A stretch of DNA of 64,000 nucleotides from an uncultured Burkholderiales bacterium (GCA_966211105.1 CBIHMU010000014.1:18032-82031), one strand, 5' to 3'. Shown: positions 18,647-30,000, counted from the first letter of the stretch. Notes: generated from the letters alone by a model not told the origin. Translations and numbers: made by a program.

Positions 18647-20068
18647 ATGACGGCTTCACTCGATATCGCACGCCGACTCGATCGGCTGCCCTGGTCGCGC
18701 TGGCACTGGCGCGTGGTGCTCGCACTCGGCGTGGCCTGGGTGCTCGACGGCCTGGAGGTCACCCTGGTGGGCTCCGTCGGCGCGGTGCTGGAAAGACCTG
18801 ACACCCTCGGGCTGAGCGCCGTCCAGGTGGGCTGGTCCGGATCGCTGTATCTCGCAGGCGCGATCGTCGGCGCCTTGATCTTCGGCCGGATGTCGGACCG
18901 GCTGGGCCGCAAGCGTCTGTTCCTGGCGACGCTCGCCCTCTACGCCGTGGCCACGCTCGCGACGGCCTTCTCCACCGACTTCACCTTCTTCGCGCTGTGC
19001 CGTTTCGTCACCGGACTCGGCATCGGCGGCGAATACGCCGCCATCAACTCCGCGATCGATGAACTCGTGCCCGCCCGCGTGCGCGGCCGCGTGAACCTCG
19101 CCATCAACGGCAGTTTCTGGATCGGCGCCGCGCTGGGCGCCGCGTCCAGTCTCCTGTTGCTCCATCCGGACGTGCTGGGTCCGGTGCAGGGCTGGCGCGT
19201 GGGCTTCGGGATGGGCGCCTTGCTGGCGGTCGGCATGGTGCTCGTGCGGCGCCATGTCCCGGAGAGTCCACGCTGGCTGCTGCGCCACGGGCGTGTCGAG
19301 GAGGCCGGCCGGATCATCGACGCGATCGAGGCCGAGGTCGCCGCCCAGCACGGGCCGCTGCCGCCGGTCCCGCCGGCGGCGCAGCGCGAGCATCGACGCC
19401 CCGTGCCGACGATGCGGGAGGTGCTGCAGGTGCTGGTGCGCCGGTACCGCGTGCGCAGCGGCGTGGCGCTGTCGCTGATGCTGGCGCAGGCCTTCTTCTA
19501 CAACGCGATCTTCTTCAGCTACGCCCTGGTGCTGACACGGTTCTACGGCGTCGCCGACCATCGGGTGGCGCTCTACATCTTCCCGTTCGCCCTGGGCAAT
19601 GTGCTGGGCCCGCTGCTGCTGGGGCCGCTGTTCGACCGGGTGGGCCGCCGGCGCATGATCGCGCTGACCTACGGCCTGGCCGGCGTCGGCCTGGCGGCCA
19701 CCGGCGTGGCCTTCGTGTCGGACGTGCTCGATGCGCGCTCGCAGGCGCTGTGCTGGTCGGCGGTGTTCTTCTTCGCGTCGGCGGCCGCCAGTTCGGCGTA
19801 TCTGACGGTCAGCGAGGTCTTCCCGCTCGAGATGCGCGCGATGGCGATCGCGATCTTCTACGCGGTGGGCACCGGCGCGGGCGGCTTCGTGGCGCCGTTG
19901 CTGTTCGGGTGGCTGGTGGCGAGCGGCGATCGCGGCAACGTGGCGATCGGCTACGGCATCGGTGCCGTGCTGGTGATCGTGGCGGGCCTGCTGGCGTTGC
20001 GCTTCGGCGTCGACGCGGAGCGCAGACCGCTCGAGGACATCGCGCCCTCGATGCACGACGCGGACTAG
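18647..20068 (+). CDS. MFS transporter (sugar-porter-like)
   Basis: GRMSDRLGRKR motif A, GLGIGGE, about 12 hydrophobic segments; ATG at 18647 chosen over upstream TTG. Confidence 0.9.
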   Translation: MTASLDIARRLDRLPWSRWHWRVVLALGVAWVLDGLEVTLVGSVGAVLERPDTLGLSAVQVGWSGSLYLAGAIVGALIFGRMSDRLGRKRLFLATLALYAVATLATAFSTDFTFFALCRFVTGLGIGGEYAAINSAIDELVPARVRGRVNLAINGSFWIGAALGAASSLLLLHPDVLGPVQGWRVGFGMGALLAVGMVLVRRHVPESPRWLLRHGRVEEAGRIIDAIEAEVAAQHGPLPPVPPAAQREHRRPVPTMREVLQVLVRRYRVRSGVALSLMLAQAFFYNAIFFSYALVLTRFYGVADHRVALYIFPFALGNVLGPLLLGPLFDRVGRRRMIALTYGLAGVGLAATGVAFVSDVLDARSQALCWSAVFFFASAAASSAYLTVSEVFPLEMRAMAIAIFYAVGTGAGGFVAPLLFGWLVASGDRGNVAIGYGIGAVLVIVAGLLALRFGVDAERRPLEDIAPSMHDAD

Positions 20069-20075
20069 CGCGGCT

Positions 20076-21005
20076 TCAGCGCTTGCCGAACCAGCGCCGG
20101 ACGCGGCGCTTCCAGTCCAGCCACTGTCGATGGCGGGAGCGGTCGATGCGCTTCACGTCGATCAGCGTGAGGTCGCCGCAGGACGACATCGTGTGCAGGC
20201 CGCTGGCGAAGTCGCGATGCGCGAGATCGCCGGTGAAACTCGCCGGCAGCGCCTGGACCTCGACAGCCTCCCGCGACAGGCGGTTGAAGCGCAGCCAGCG
20301 CGTCGCACCGCCGTAGCCGTTGCGGCTGTCCTGCACGGGCAGTGTCACGAGGCCGTCGACCCCGACGAATGGCGTGCCGGCCGGCCGCGCGCCGTCGTGC
20401 GCGGACCTCACCGGATTGGCGCGATGCGGCGTCCACGGCCCCTGCAGCGCGTCGGCATGCGCGACGTGCAGCTCGCGCTGGTCGCGCTTGTCCGGGCCGA
20501 TCACGGCATAGAACATCCACCAGATGCCGTCGTGCCGCAGCAGCGAGGCGTCGACCGCACGCACGCCCGGCAGCAGCGCGCAGACCCGCTCCCAGCGTTC
20601 CCAGCGCTCGGCGCCGTCCACCGCGCGGTACAGCGCGACTTCCTCGGCCTGGCTGGATTCGGGGACCATCCAGACCTGCCCGGCGTGCTCGAACACGAAG
20701 GGGTAGGACAGATGGAAAGGCGTCTGCAGCACCGGCTTGGGCGCGCTCCAGGCGCCGTCGCTGAGGTTCAGCGTGAGGCGCTGCAGGTCGGCGCGCTTGG
20801 TGCGGTAGTCGAAGTTCTCGACGAACACGTGCAGCGCGTCGCCGTCGCGCAGGGCGAAGGGGTCGGCGTAGTAGCGCCAGTCCCCGGCCTCGGGCATCCA
20901 CACGATGCGATCCCGCAGCTCGTGCAGACGCTCGGGGCTGAGCAGATCGATGCGCTCGGGGACGACGCCGACGGTCCAGAAGTCCGACTTCGGACGCTTA
21001 ACCAT
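20076..21005 (-). CDS. Five-bladed beta-propeller protein of the GINT1 N-terminal / GH43-like type
   Basis: YYADPF, HLSYPFVF, ARPAG motifs typical of this family; ATG at 21005. Confidence 0.7.
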   Translation of the reverse strand: MVKRPKSDFWTVGVVPERIDLLSPERLHELRDRIVWMPEAGDWRYYADPFALRDGDALHVFVENFDYRTKRADLQRLTLNLSDGAWSAPKPVLQTPFHLSYPFVFEHAGQVWMVPESSQAEEVALYRAVDGAERWERWERVCALLPGVRAVDASLLRHDGIWWMFYAVIGPDKRDQRELHVAHADALQGPWTPHRANPVRSAHDGARPAGTPFVGVDGLVTLPVQDSRNGYGGATRWLRFNRLSREAVEVQALPASFTGDLAHRDFASGLHTMSSCGDLTLIDVKRIDRSRHRQWLDWKRRVRRWFGKR

Positions 21006-21031
21006 GGAGGTCAACCATGGACGTCAACCAT
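21001..21031. repeat. 13-bp tandem repeat (~2.4 copies) at the GT4/propeller gene junction
   Basis: ACCATGGAGGTCA ACCATGGACGTCA ACCAT. Confidence 0.7.
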
Positions 21032-22100
21032 GCGCGTCTTCCACGCTCAGGCCAGCCAGGTCGTGCACGCGCGCGCCTTGGCGCGTCAGCACGTCCTGGT
21101 ACAGCGCCAGCGTGGCCCGCACGGCGGTCGAGCGGTCATAGCGGTGCATGTCGTAGTCGACCGGGCGGCGCTGGTCGCGTTGCCGCTGCGCGAGGGCGGC
21201 AGCGATCGCCTGGCCCATCGCCGGGGCGTCGTCGATCGGCACGATGGCCGATTGCGTCGGGTCCAGCATCTCGCGCGCGCCCAGCGTGGCGGTCGCCACG
21301 ATCGGCAGGCGCGCCCGCATCGCCTCCAGGATGGCCAGCGGGAACTGCTCCTCGCGCGACGAGGAGACGTACAGGTCCATCTCGCCGAGCAGCTCGTCGA
21401 CGTTCCAGCGGAAGCCCAGCAGGTGGATGCGCTTGTCGCCGCCGCGCAGCGCCTCGAGATCGGCGCGCTGCGGGCCTTCGCCGATCAGCACCAGGTGGGC
21501 CTCCGCCGGCGCGCTCTGCTGGAAGGCCTGGATCAGCGTGTGCATGCCCTTGGCTTCATGCAGGCGCCCGACGCAGCCGATCACCGGCGCGGCGTGGGGG
21601 ATGCCGAGCTCCATCCGCAGCGAGCCGGACGGGACCTTCGCGGCGCAGGAGCCGGGGCTGCGTTCCGGGGCCCAGTTGTAGATGACGCGATGCATGCCGG
21701 CGAATTCCTTCAGGTGACCGACCTGCGCCGAATTGACGCACACCAGCGCGTCCATCCGCGCGTGATGATGCGTCTTGTACCCGACATGCAGCGTGCCGAC
21801 ACGCACCCGCTCCTTGGCCGCCGCCACCGCCTTGCAGGCCGGCCCGAGATGGCCATGGACGATCTCCGCGCCCAGCTTTGCGGCCAGACGCCGCACGCGC
21901 GCGCCGCGCAGCAGCGGCAGGCGCAGCCCGTGGTAGGTCACGCGCTGGTCCAGGGCATGACGGACCGCGGATCCTGCCGGTCCGATGACGTGCACCGTGT
22001 GGCCCAACGCCGCCTGGGCGTTGGCCAGATCCACACAGTGGTGCTCACCACCGGCGATGCGAGACGAGAAGACCACATGGACGATGGAGAGTGCGCGCAT
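21024..22100 (-). CDS. GT4 family glycosyltransferase
   Basis: GGEHH, VGRLHEAKG, SSSREEQFPLAILEAM (E-x7-E). Confidence 0.88.
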   Translation of the reverse strand: MRALSIVHVVFSSRIAGGEHHCVDLANAQAALGHTVHVIGPAGSAVRHALDQRVTYHGLRLPLLRGARVRRLAAKLGAEIVHGHLGPACKAVAAAKERVRVGTLHVGYKTHHHARMDALVCVNSAQVGHLKEFAGMHRVIYNWAPERSPGSCAAKVPSGSLRMELGIPHAAPVIGCVGRLHEAKGMHTLIQAFQQSAPAEAHLVLIGEGPQRADLEALRGGDKRIHLLGFRWNVDELLGEMDLYVSSSREEQFPLAILEAMRARLPIVATATLGAREMLDPTQSAIVPIDDAPAMGQAIAAALAQRQRDQRRPVDYDMHRYDRSTAVRATLALYQDVLTRQGARVHDLAGLSVEDAHG

Positions 22101-22512
22101 GACGTCGAATCGGCAAAAAGGATAAATAACGTCTGGAGTCTATTTCTTAACATTCAGCAATAGAGCAGGATTTCCCCCGAGATCGTGGGGTGTACGGCGT
22201 TCCGGAAGCAACGCTGTGCGCTATTGCATGGGCCGTGCTCACGTAACCCGAACACTGGATCGAACCAGCGGGCGCGAAAGGCCGAGCGGACGCGCTGAAA
22301 CGAGCCCGGCGTCGATGAAACGCCGCGTAACCAAACCGGCAACGCCGGGGTGGGTGCCGCAGCGCGACGAAGCGCTGTTTCCCTGGGATGAACTGCGGGA
22401 CGTGACCACCTGCATGCAGGGTCATTGAAGTTAAGCTAGCGCGCCTTTTTGCGGCTTTCGCACGAAGGACACCTCTTTACGTCATCTGCCACGTTCCCCC
22501 GGAGCCCGCTTC

Positions 22513-23763
22513 ATGCTGCGTCTGTCGCTGATTGCCCTTGTCGTTGCATCCCTGCTTGCCGGTTGCGGCAAGTCCTCTCCTGACAAGAAGGCGTCGCCCG
22601 CGGCGGAGGCAGCCAGCGCGCCCAGCCTGCTGGTGGCCAATGAGGACGTCCAGACCCTGGGCGTGAGCGCCTATGCCAGCGGCCCGGTCATCACCGGCTC
22701 GATCCAGCCGGAGCGCCGCGCCGACCTGCGCGCCGAGCTGCAGGCCATCGTGCTGCAGGTCTACAAGGAGAACGGCGAGCGCGTGAAGCGCGGCGACCTG
22801 CTGGTCCGCCTGGACGACACGGCCATCCGCGATTCGGTCCAGTCGGCCGACGAGTCCGCTCGCGCGTCCTCGCAAAGCTTCGAGCAGGCCGAGCGTCAAT
22901 ATCAGCGGCTGAAGACCTTGCAGGCGCAGGGCATGAGCTCGATCCAGGCGATGGAGGATGCCGAGATCCGCCGCAACAACGCGCAGAGCGACCTGGTCGC
23001 CGCCCGTGCCCGCGTGGCCACGGCGCGTCAGCAGCAGCAGCGCACCGAGGTGCGCGCGCCGTTCGACGGCGTGGTCGCCGACCGCAAGGTGTCGCCGGGC
23101 GACTCGGCGCAGATCGGCAAGGAACTGATCAAGGTGATGGACCCGGCCTCGATGCGTTTCGAGGGGCTGGTCTCCGCCGACCGCATGTCCGAGCTCAAGC
23201 TCGGGCAGACCGTCTATTTCCGCGTCAACGGGTATCCGCAGGTGGACTTCCAGGGCAAGGTGCGCCGCATCGCGCAGGCCGCCAACGCCAACACCCGCCA
23301 GGTCGAGGTGCTGGTCGACTTCGCCGGCGCGCAGCAGCCCGGCGTGGCCGGTCTCTATGCGGAAGGCCGCGTGCAGACCAACAGCGTCTCGGCGCTGATG
23401 GTGGCCGACAGCGCGCTGGTGCGGGAGGGCGACAAGTCCTTCGTCTGGCGCGTGGACGGCGGCAAGGTCGCGAAGACGCCGGTGGGCCTGGGTGCGCGCG
23501 ACGACCGCCAGGGCCTGTACGTGGTCACGAGCGGGCTGAAGCAGGGCGATCGCATCCTGCGCAGCCCGACCAGCACGCTGATCGACGGCCAACGCGTCGA
23601 GCTCAGCAAGGCCGCCGCGTCCGCTGCGGCCCCCGCGATGACAAGCGCCAGCGGCACGCCGCCCACCGGGTTGACGAACTCGGGCTCGACCTCGACCTCG
23701 TCGGGCTCGACGGTGGTGCCGCTGCCCGTGCTGCCGGTGGCTTCGGCCGCGTCGGCCCAGTGA
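22513..23763 (+). CDS. RND efflux periplasmic adaptor (MFP), lipoprotein
   Basis: LLAGC lipobox; VKRGDLLVRLD, VRAPFDGVV motifs; Ser/Thr-rich tail. Confidence 0.92.
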   Translation: MLRLSLIALVVASLLAGCGKSSPDKKASPAAEAASAPSLLVANEDVQTLGVSAYASGPVITGSIQPERRADLRAELQAIVLQVYKENGERVKRGDLLVRLDDTAIRDSVQSADESARASSQSFEQAERQYQRLKTLQAQGMSSIQAMEDAEIRRNNAQSDLVAARARVATARQQQQRTEVRAPFDGVVADRKVSPGDSAQIGKELIKVMDPASMRFEGLVSADRMSELKLGQTVYFRVNGYPQVDFQGKVRRIAQAANANTRQVEVLVDFAGAQQPGVAGLYAEGRVQTNSVSALMVADSALVREGDKSFVWRVDGGKVAKTPVGLGARDDRQGLYVVTSGLKQGDRILRSPTSTLIDGQRVELSKAAASAAAPAMTSASGTPPTGLTNSGSTSTSSGSTVVPLPVLPVASAASAQ

Positions 23764-23783
23764 TGCGCACAGGAGCCTGAACC

Positions 23784-26700
23784 ATGTTCCTCTCCAATTT
23801 CTCGGTCAAGAAGCCGATCGCGATGATCGTGATCATCATCGGCTTGATGGCCCTGGGCCTGCTGGCCCTGTCCAAGCTGCGCGTCAACGAGCGGCCCGAC
23901 GTCGACCTGCCGCTGCTGGTGGTGAGCATCAGCTATCCCGGCGCCTCGCCGGAGACCTCCGAGCGCGAGATCGTCAACCGCATCGAGAAGTCGCTGCAGA
24001 GCATCTCCGGCGTGAACGAGGTGCGCTCGACCTCGGGCGAAGGCTCGGCGCAGCTGCTGCTGTTCTTCAACTTCGACAAGAACATGATCGAGGCGGCCGA
24101 CGAGGTCCGCAACGCGATCGCCGCGGTCCGCCACAAGCTGCCCACCGAGATGCGCGAGCCGGTGCTGCAGCGCGTCGACCCGTCGGCGCAGCCGATCATG
24201 CAGCTGGCGCTGTCGTCCAGCAGCCAGTCGCACGCCGAGATCTCCCGGATGGCCGAGGACCAGTTCGCCGACCGCTTCCGCGCCATCCCGGGCGCGGCGA
24301 CGGTGACGGTGAACGGCTCGCTCAAGCGCGAGCTGTCGGTGCTGCTGAACGCGCAGAAGCTGCGCGAGTTCAACGTCTCGGTGACCGAGGTCGTCAATGC
24401 GCTGCGCATGCAGAACACGACGGCGCCGGTGGGCAAGGTGCGCGGGCAGCTCGAGGACCAGAGCATCCGGCTGCTGGGCCGCATCGAGTCGCCGGCCGAC
24501 TTCAACCAGATCGTCGTGAAGCGCTCCGGCAGCGAGCTGATCCGCCTGGGCCAGGTGGCCACGGTGCAGGACGGCTTCGCGGAGCAGACCGGCCTGTCGG
24601 TGCGCAACGGCCATCCGAACGTCGGCATCATGGTGACGCGCTCGCGTGACGCCTCGACGGTGAGCGTGGCCAAGGAGGTCCGCAAGCTGGTCGAGGAGAT
24701 CGACAAGACGCTGCCCAAGGGCACCAAGCTCGAAGTGGTGCAGGACGGCGGGCAGGACGCGCAGGACAGCCTGAACAACGTCATCCACGCGCTGGTGTTC
24801 GGCGCGGGCCTGACGATCTTCGTCGTCTACGTGTTCCTGAACTCGTGGCGCTCGACGATGATCACGGCGCTGTCGCTGCCGACCTCGGTGATCGCGGCCT
24901 TCATCGCGGTCTGGCTGTGCGGCTTCACGCTGAACTTCATGAGCCTGCTGGGCCTGTCGCTCGCGATCGGGGTGCTGATCGACGACGCGATCGTGGTCCG
25001 CGAGAACATCGTGCGCCACATGGAGCGCGGCGCGGACCGCCGCACCGCGGCGCTGAAGGGCACGGCAGAGATCGGCCTGGCCGTCGCGGCGACGACCTTC
25101 TCCATCGTGGCCGTGTTCATCCCGGTGGCCTTCATGCCGGGCGTGTCCGGCGAATGGTTCCGGCCGTTCGGGCTGACGGTGGTGGCCTCGGTGCTGGTGT
25201 CGCTGTTCATCTCCTTCACGCTGGACCCGATGCTGTCGGCGTTCTGGGGCGACCCCCCGGGGCACCATGAAGCGCCGAAGACGAACTGGGTGTCGAAGAA
25301 GCTGCATGCCTTCAACGAGTGGTTCGACCGCCAGGCCGACGGCTACGGCCACGTGATCGCCTGGGCGCTGCATCACCGCACCTGGATGGCTGTGTTCGCG
25401 GTGCTGAGCTTCGTGCTGGCGATCTTCCTGCAGGCCACGCTGGGCGGCACGAGCTTCCTGCCGGCCTCGGACTCCGGGACCATCGCCATCGAGGTCCGCA
25501 CGCCGGCCTCGTCCAGCCTGGAATACGCGCGGCTCAAGATGGGCGCGGCCTCCGCGCTGGCGCGCGAGATGCCCGAGACGGTGGCCACCAACGAGAGCGT
25601 GAACGCCAGCGGCGGCCGCATCTACGTGGACCTGGGCAAGAGCACCAAGCGCAAGCGCAGCGCGGCCGAGATCGCCGCCGACCTGCGCACGCGCGTGGCG
25701 CGGCTGGTCGGGGCGGAGTACGTGGTGCTGGACGACCTGAACAACGGCGCGCAGAAGCCGGTGCAGATCCGGTTCTCGGGCGCGGACTCGCGCAAGCTGA
25801 TGGAGATCACCACCGACTACATGGAGAAGCTGCGCCGCGTGCCGGGCGCGGTGGACGTGGGCCTGTCGGAACAGGATCCGCAGAACGAGCTGCAGATCGA
25901 GCTCAACCGCGGCCTGGCCAACACGCTGGGCATCTCGGTGGGCGACGCGGCGAATTCCCTGCGCGTGGCTTTCGCCGGCGTGGAAGTCGGCGACTGGATC
26001 GACCCGAGCAGCGAGACGCGGGACGTCGCGGTGCGGCTGGCGCCGGAAGACCGGGTCGACGCGAGCAACATCGAGCGTCTGCCGATCGCGGTGACCGGCG
26101 CCGGCGTGATGGTGCCGCTGGAGCAGATCGCGACGGTGACCATGGGCAAGGGCCCGGCCAAGATCCAGCATGCGGACGGCAAGCGGATGATCGCGGTGTC
26201 GGCCAACGCGCACGGCCGCTCGCCGGGCGAGGTCACCAGCGACGCGCTGAAGCTGGCCAAGTCGATCAACTTCCCGCCGGGTTACGGCATCGAGCTGGCG
26301 GGCGCGGCCAAGGACCAGCAGGAGGTGTTCAGCGCCATGGGCATCGCGCTGGCCTCGGGCATCGGCCTGATGTACCTGATCCTGGTGATGCAGTTCGGCA
26401 GCTTCACCGCGCCGCTGGGCGTGATGCTGTCCTTGCCGCTGTCGCTGATCGGCGTGGTGGTGGCGCTGCTGCTGACCAAGGGCACGCTGAACCTGATGAG
26501 CTTCATCGGGATCATCATGCTGGCCGGCCTGGTGGCCAAGAACGCCATCCTGCTGCTGGACGCGGCGCGCCAGGAGGAGGCGGCCGGCGTGCCCCGCGAA
26601 GAGGCGCTGATGCATGCGGGCCGCAAGCGCTTCCGTCCCATCCTGATGACGACCTTCGCGCTGATCGCCGGCATGCTGCCGGTGGCGGTGGGCATCGGCG

Positions 26701-27017
26701 AGGGCGGCGAGTTCTATCGCCCGATGGCGGTGGCCATCATCGGCGGCACGATCACCTCGACCTTCCTGACGCTGCTGATGGTGCCGAGCTTCTACGACAG
26801 CATCGAGATCAAGCGCGACAGCTTCCTGGTGAAGTTCCACCGCCGCGAGGCGCGCTGGACGACGGCCGGCGCGCTGCTGGCGGGCATCGTCGAGTTCGTG
26901 CTGTTCCTGACCTTCGTCCGCTTCGTGTTCCGCCTGGTGATGCGTGCCTGGGACAGGGTCAGCGGCAAGGCCCGCCGTCCGGCCGATTTCACGACGCACG
27001 GCGCGGGCGACGACTGA
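23784..27017 (+). CDS. RND efflux permease (AcrB/AcrD/AcrF superfamily)
   Basis: 1077 aa; IDDAIVVRENI and KNAILL proton-relay motifs; RPILMTT. Confidence 0.95.
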   Translation: MFLSNFSVKKPIAMIVIIIGLMALGLLALSKLRVNERPDVDLPLLVVSISYPGASPETSEREIVNRIEKSLQSISGVNEVRSTSGEGSAQLLLFFNFDKNMIEAADEVRNAIAAVRHKLPTEMREPVLQRVDPSAQPIMQLALSSSSQSHAEISRMAEDQFADRFRAIPGAATVTVNGSLKRELSVLLNAQKLREFNVSVTEVVNALRMQNTTAPVGKVRGQLEDQSIRLLGRIESPADFNQIVVKRSGSELIRLGQVATVQDGFAEQTGLSVRNGHPNVGIMVTRSRDASTVSVAKEVRKLVEEIDKTLPKGTKLEVVQDGGQDAQDSLNNVIHALVFGAGLTIFVVYVFLNSWRSTMITALSLPTSVIAAFIAVWLCGFTLNFMSLLGLSLAIGVLIDDAIVVRENIVRHMERGADRRTAALKGTAEIGLAVAATTFSIVAVFIPVAFMPGVSGEWFRPFGLTVVASVLVSLFISFTLDPMLSAFWGDPPGHHEAPKTNWVSKKLHAFNEWFDRQADGYGHVIAWALHHRTWMAVFAVLSFVLAIFLQATLGGTSFLPASDSGTIAIEVRTPASSSLEYARLKMGAASALAREMPETVATNESVNASGGRIYVDLGKSTKRKRSAAEIAADLRTRVARLVGAEYVVLDDLNNGAQKPVQIRFSGADSRKLMEITTDYMEKLRRVPGAVDVGLSEQDPQNELQIELNRGLANTLGISVGDAANSLRVAFAGVEVGDWIDPSSETRDVAVRLAPEDRVDASNIERLPIAVTGAGVMVPLEQIATVTMGKGPAKIQHADGKRMIAVSANAHGRSPGEVTSDALKLAKSINFPPGYGIELAGAAKDQQEVFSAMGIALASGIGLMYLILVMQFGSFTAPLGVMLSLPLSLIGVVVALLLTKGTLNLMSFIGIIMLAGLVAKNAILLLDAARQEEAAGVPREEALMHAGRKRFRPILMTTFALIAGMLPVAVGIGEGGEFYRPMAVAIIGGTITSTFLTLLMVPSFYDSIEIKRDSFLVKFHRREARWTTAGALLAGIVEFVLFLTFVRFVFRLVMRAWDRVSGKARRPADFTTHGAGDD

Positions 27018-27050
27018 CGCCGGAGACGGCCTGTCGACAACGCCATGAAC

Positions 27051-27076
27051 AGAGCGCCTCTCGAGGCGCTCTTTTT
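27051..27076 (+). terminator. Intrinsic terminator after the RND operon
   Basis: AGAGCGCCT-CTCG-AGGCGCTCT stem followed by a T run. Confidence 0.8.
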
Positions 27077-27097
27077 CTTGCGGACGCCGCCAGTCGA

Positions 27098-30000
27098 TCA
27101 GGGGCGTCGCCGGCGACGCCACCAGCTGGCGCGCGAGCTGCGGGGCGCAGCGCCGTCGGAGAGGTCGTAAGCCCGCGCGGCGGGCGCGGACAGCTCGACC
27201 TCGGTCCCCACGCCGACGTGCGACACGAGGCGGTAGGCGATGCCGGCAAGTTCGGCGCGCTCGCGCATCCCGGACAGGCCCCAGTGGCCCGGACGGCCGC
27301 CGCGGTCCTGGACCTCGTCCGGAACGCCGACGCCGTCGTCCCGCACGAACAGCATGAAGTTCGCCTCGTCGTACCGGAGCGTGACCTGGATGTGCTGCGC
27401 CTGCGCATGCTGGAACGCGTTGAAGATCGCCTCGCGCGCGATCAGGCAGAGGGACGCCGACAGCGCCGGCGCCAGCGCCCGGGGCGCGCCTTCCACGCCC
27501 AGCGCGAAGGCCGCTCCGTGCGTGTGCGAGAGCTCGCGCCCGAGGGCTTCCAGCGTCTGCTCGAGGCGGTTGGCATCCGGCGGCGGCAGGCGCAGGTCCG
27601 TGACGCGGTCGCGGCTTTCGACGAGCAGCGCGTCCGCGTCCGTCAGCACGCGTTCCATGGCCGCGCGCTCCGTGCCCGGGAGGCGGCGCGCGATCGCCTC
27701 GAAACGCAGGATGAGGCCGTAGACGCCCTGCAGCAGCGTGTCGTGCAGGTCGCGCGCGATGCGTTCGCGCTCCTGCACGCGCGCGGCGAGGCGCTCCTGC
27801 TCGTGCAGTCGACGTCGCCGGGCGCGCAGCGCGGCAAGGGCACCCAGCGTCGCGAGGCCCACGAGCACCGCGGCCGCGCGGAACCAGCCCGTCTGCGTCA
27901 GCGTCGGCGCGATCTCGAAGCGCAGCATGGCCGGCGTCGTGCTCCACGGCCCGCCGTCCTGCGAGGCCTGGACGCGGAAGTCGTAGGTGCCCGGGCCGAG
28001 GTTGGTATAGAAGGCGCGACGCCGCGTGCCCGCGTCCTGCCAGTCCCGGTCCTGGCCGATCAACTGGTATCTGAAGCGGGTGCGCTCCGGCTGGGCCAGG
28101 CTGATCGCGGTGTAGGCGATCTCCAGGTCACGCGTGCCTGGAGCGAGTCGCAGGGCATCCTTTGTGGCGGGGCGAACCACCGGCGCGCCGCGCACGGACA
28201 GCTGCTGCACGTCGACCGCCGGCGCCGGCGCCGGGTCCTTGGGCAGCCGTGCAGGATCGATGCGCACCAGCCCGTTGCTCAGGGTGAACCACAGCAGGCC
28301 ATCCGGCGTCCGGGCCGCCGTGCGCAGCGGCCAGGATTGTTCGGCTCGCCCGGAAAGCCCGTCGTCAAGGCTGAAGCGGCGGCCGGTCGGGCGACCCTCG
28401 CTGCCCGGCGCCGCGGCCAGGGCGCGACGCACCTCGTCGGCCTGGAGCCGCGTGATGCCGTTCGCCCCGTTCAGCCACAACTCGCCCTCGGGCGTCTCGA
28501 CGATCCCGGACACCCCGTCCAGCGCATCGGCGTCGGCCAGCCGCAGCACCGGCAGACCGGGCGCGGACACGAGCTGCACGCCGCGCTCGCCGCCGACCCA
28601 CAGGTGCCCGCCCTGCTGCGTGATGACCTTGATCGAACCGATCTTCAGGCCGTCGGCGGGCGTCAGGGCGATGGTGCTTCCGCCTTCGCGACGCAGGAGC
28701 GAGCCGTCGCCGTAGCCGACCCAGATCCGGCCTTGCGCGTCCCTCCCGATCGCCTGGGGACCCTTGCGCGGGAAACCCTCCGAGCCGAACAGCCGGGTGA
28801 CCCGTCCGCCGGCGTATCGCATCAGGCCGTAGCGATTGCCGCAGAACCAGATCGCGCCGTCGGCGTCCTCCGTGATTTCGAAGACCGCCGCCATCCACGG
28901 CTGGCCGTCGGGTGTCGGCAGCAGCACGAAACGTCCGCCTTCCTGCCGCCACAAGCCCGTGCGTCCGCCGACCCACACCCGCCCGCCACCGTCGACGTGG
29001 ACGCTGGTGAAGGTTTCCATCTCCGGATCGACGGGAAGCCGCTCGATCGCCGTGTCGCCCGGCGCCCGGTGCTGCAGGGTGTTGCCGGAGGCGATCCAGA
29101 GCTGGCCGCGCCCGTCGGTCGACATGGCGATGCTGGTGTTGCGGGAGGCCAGATCGACGCGGTCGACGGCGGCGCCCCGGAAACGGTCGAGCCCGCCGTT
29201 GGTGCCGACCCAGATCGCGCCGTCGCGATCCTGGAAGATGCGCATGACGAGCTCGCCGGACAGCCCCTTGTCGGTGCCGAAGAACTGGCGGCTGGCCGCG
29301 GCGGCCGCCGGTGTCCCGGACACGTCCATGCGGTTGATGCCGTCCAGCGCGCCGTACCAGAGCAGGCCCCGGCGGTCGAAGGCCGGCATGAAAAAGCTCC
29401 TGGGCACCGGGTAGCGCGGCGCCGCGGCGGAAGCCGGACTTTCGCCCGGCACCGGGAGGGGCGCGACGCCGCGGTCGGCGGGCGACATGTCGTTGGTCCA
29501 GGCGCGGCCGTCGGGAGCGATGGCGAGTTGCGACAAACCGAGCGAGGGTCCGCCGGTCGCGACGAAACGCGCGCTGGCGGCGGCTTTCACGAACACCGCG
29601 CGGTCGGTGACGGCCCAGACGTTGCCGCGACCGTCGACGTCGACCTTCATCGTCGGCGGCGCCCGGCCGGTGCCGTCGTCGTAGCCGGATTCAGGACCGA
29701 CCGCCGTCCACCGGACGCCGTCGCGCTTGAGCAGTGCCCGGCCCGTGGCGGCCCAGAGCGTGCCGTCGGCTTGCTGGGCGAAGGCCCGGGTCGAGGTCAC
29801 GAAGGGACCGTCGGCGGCGTCGACGTGCAGCACGCGTCCTTCGCGCACCAGGGCCGCACCGCCGTCGAGCAGGCCGACCCACAGCGCGTTGTCCTTCGTC
29901 GCGAACAGCGACAGCACCTGCCGGCTGGGCAGCGACTCGCCGGCGATCGTGTCGAAGCGCTCGAAGCGGACGCCGTCGAAGCGGAACAGCCCCGCGCCGG

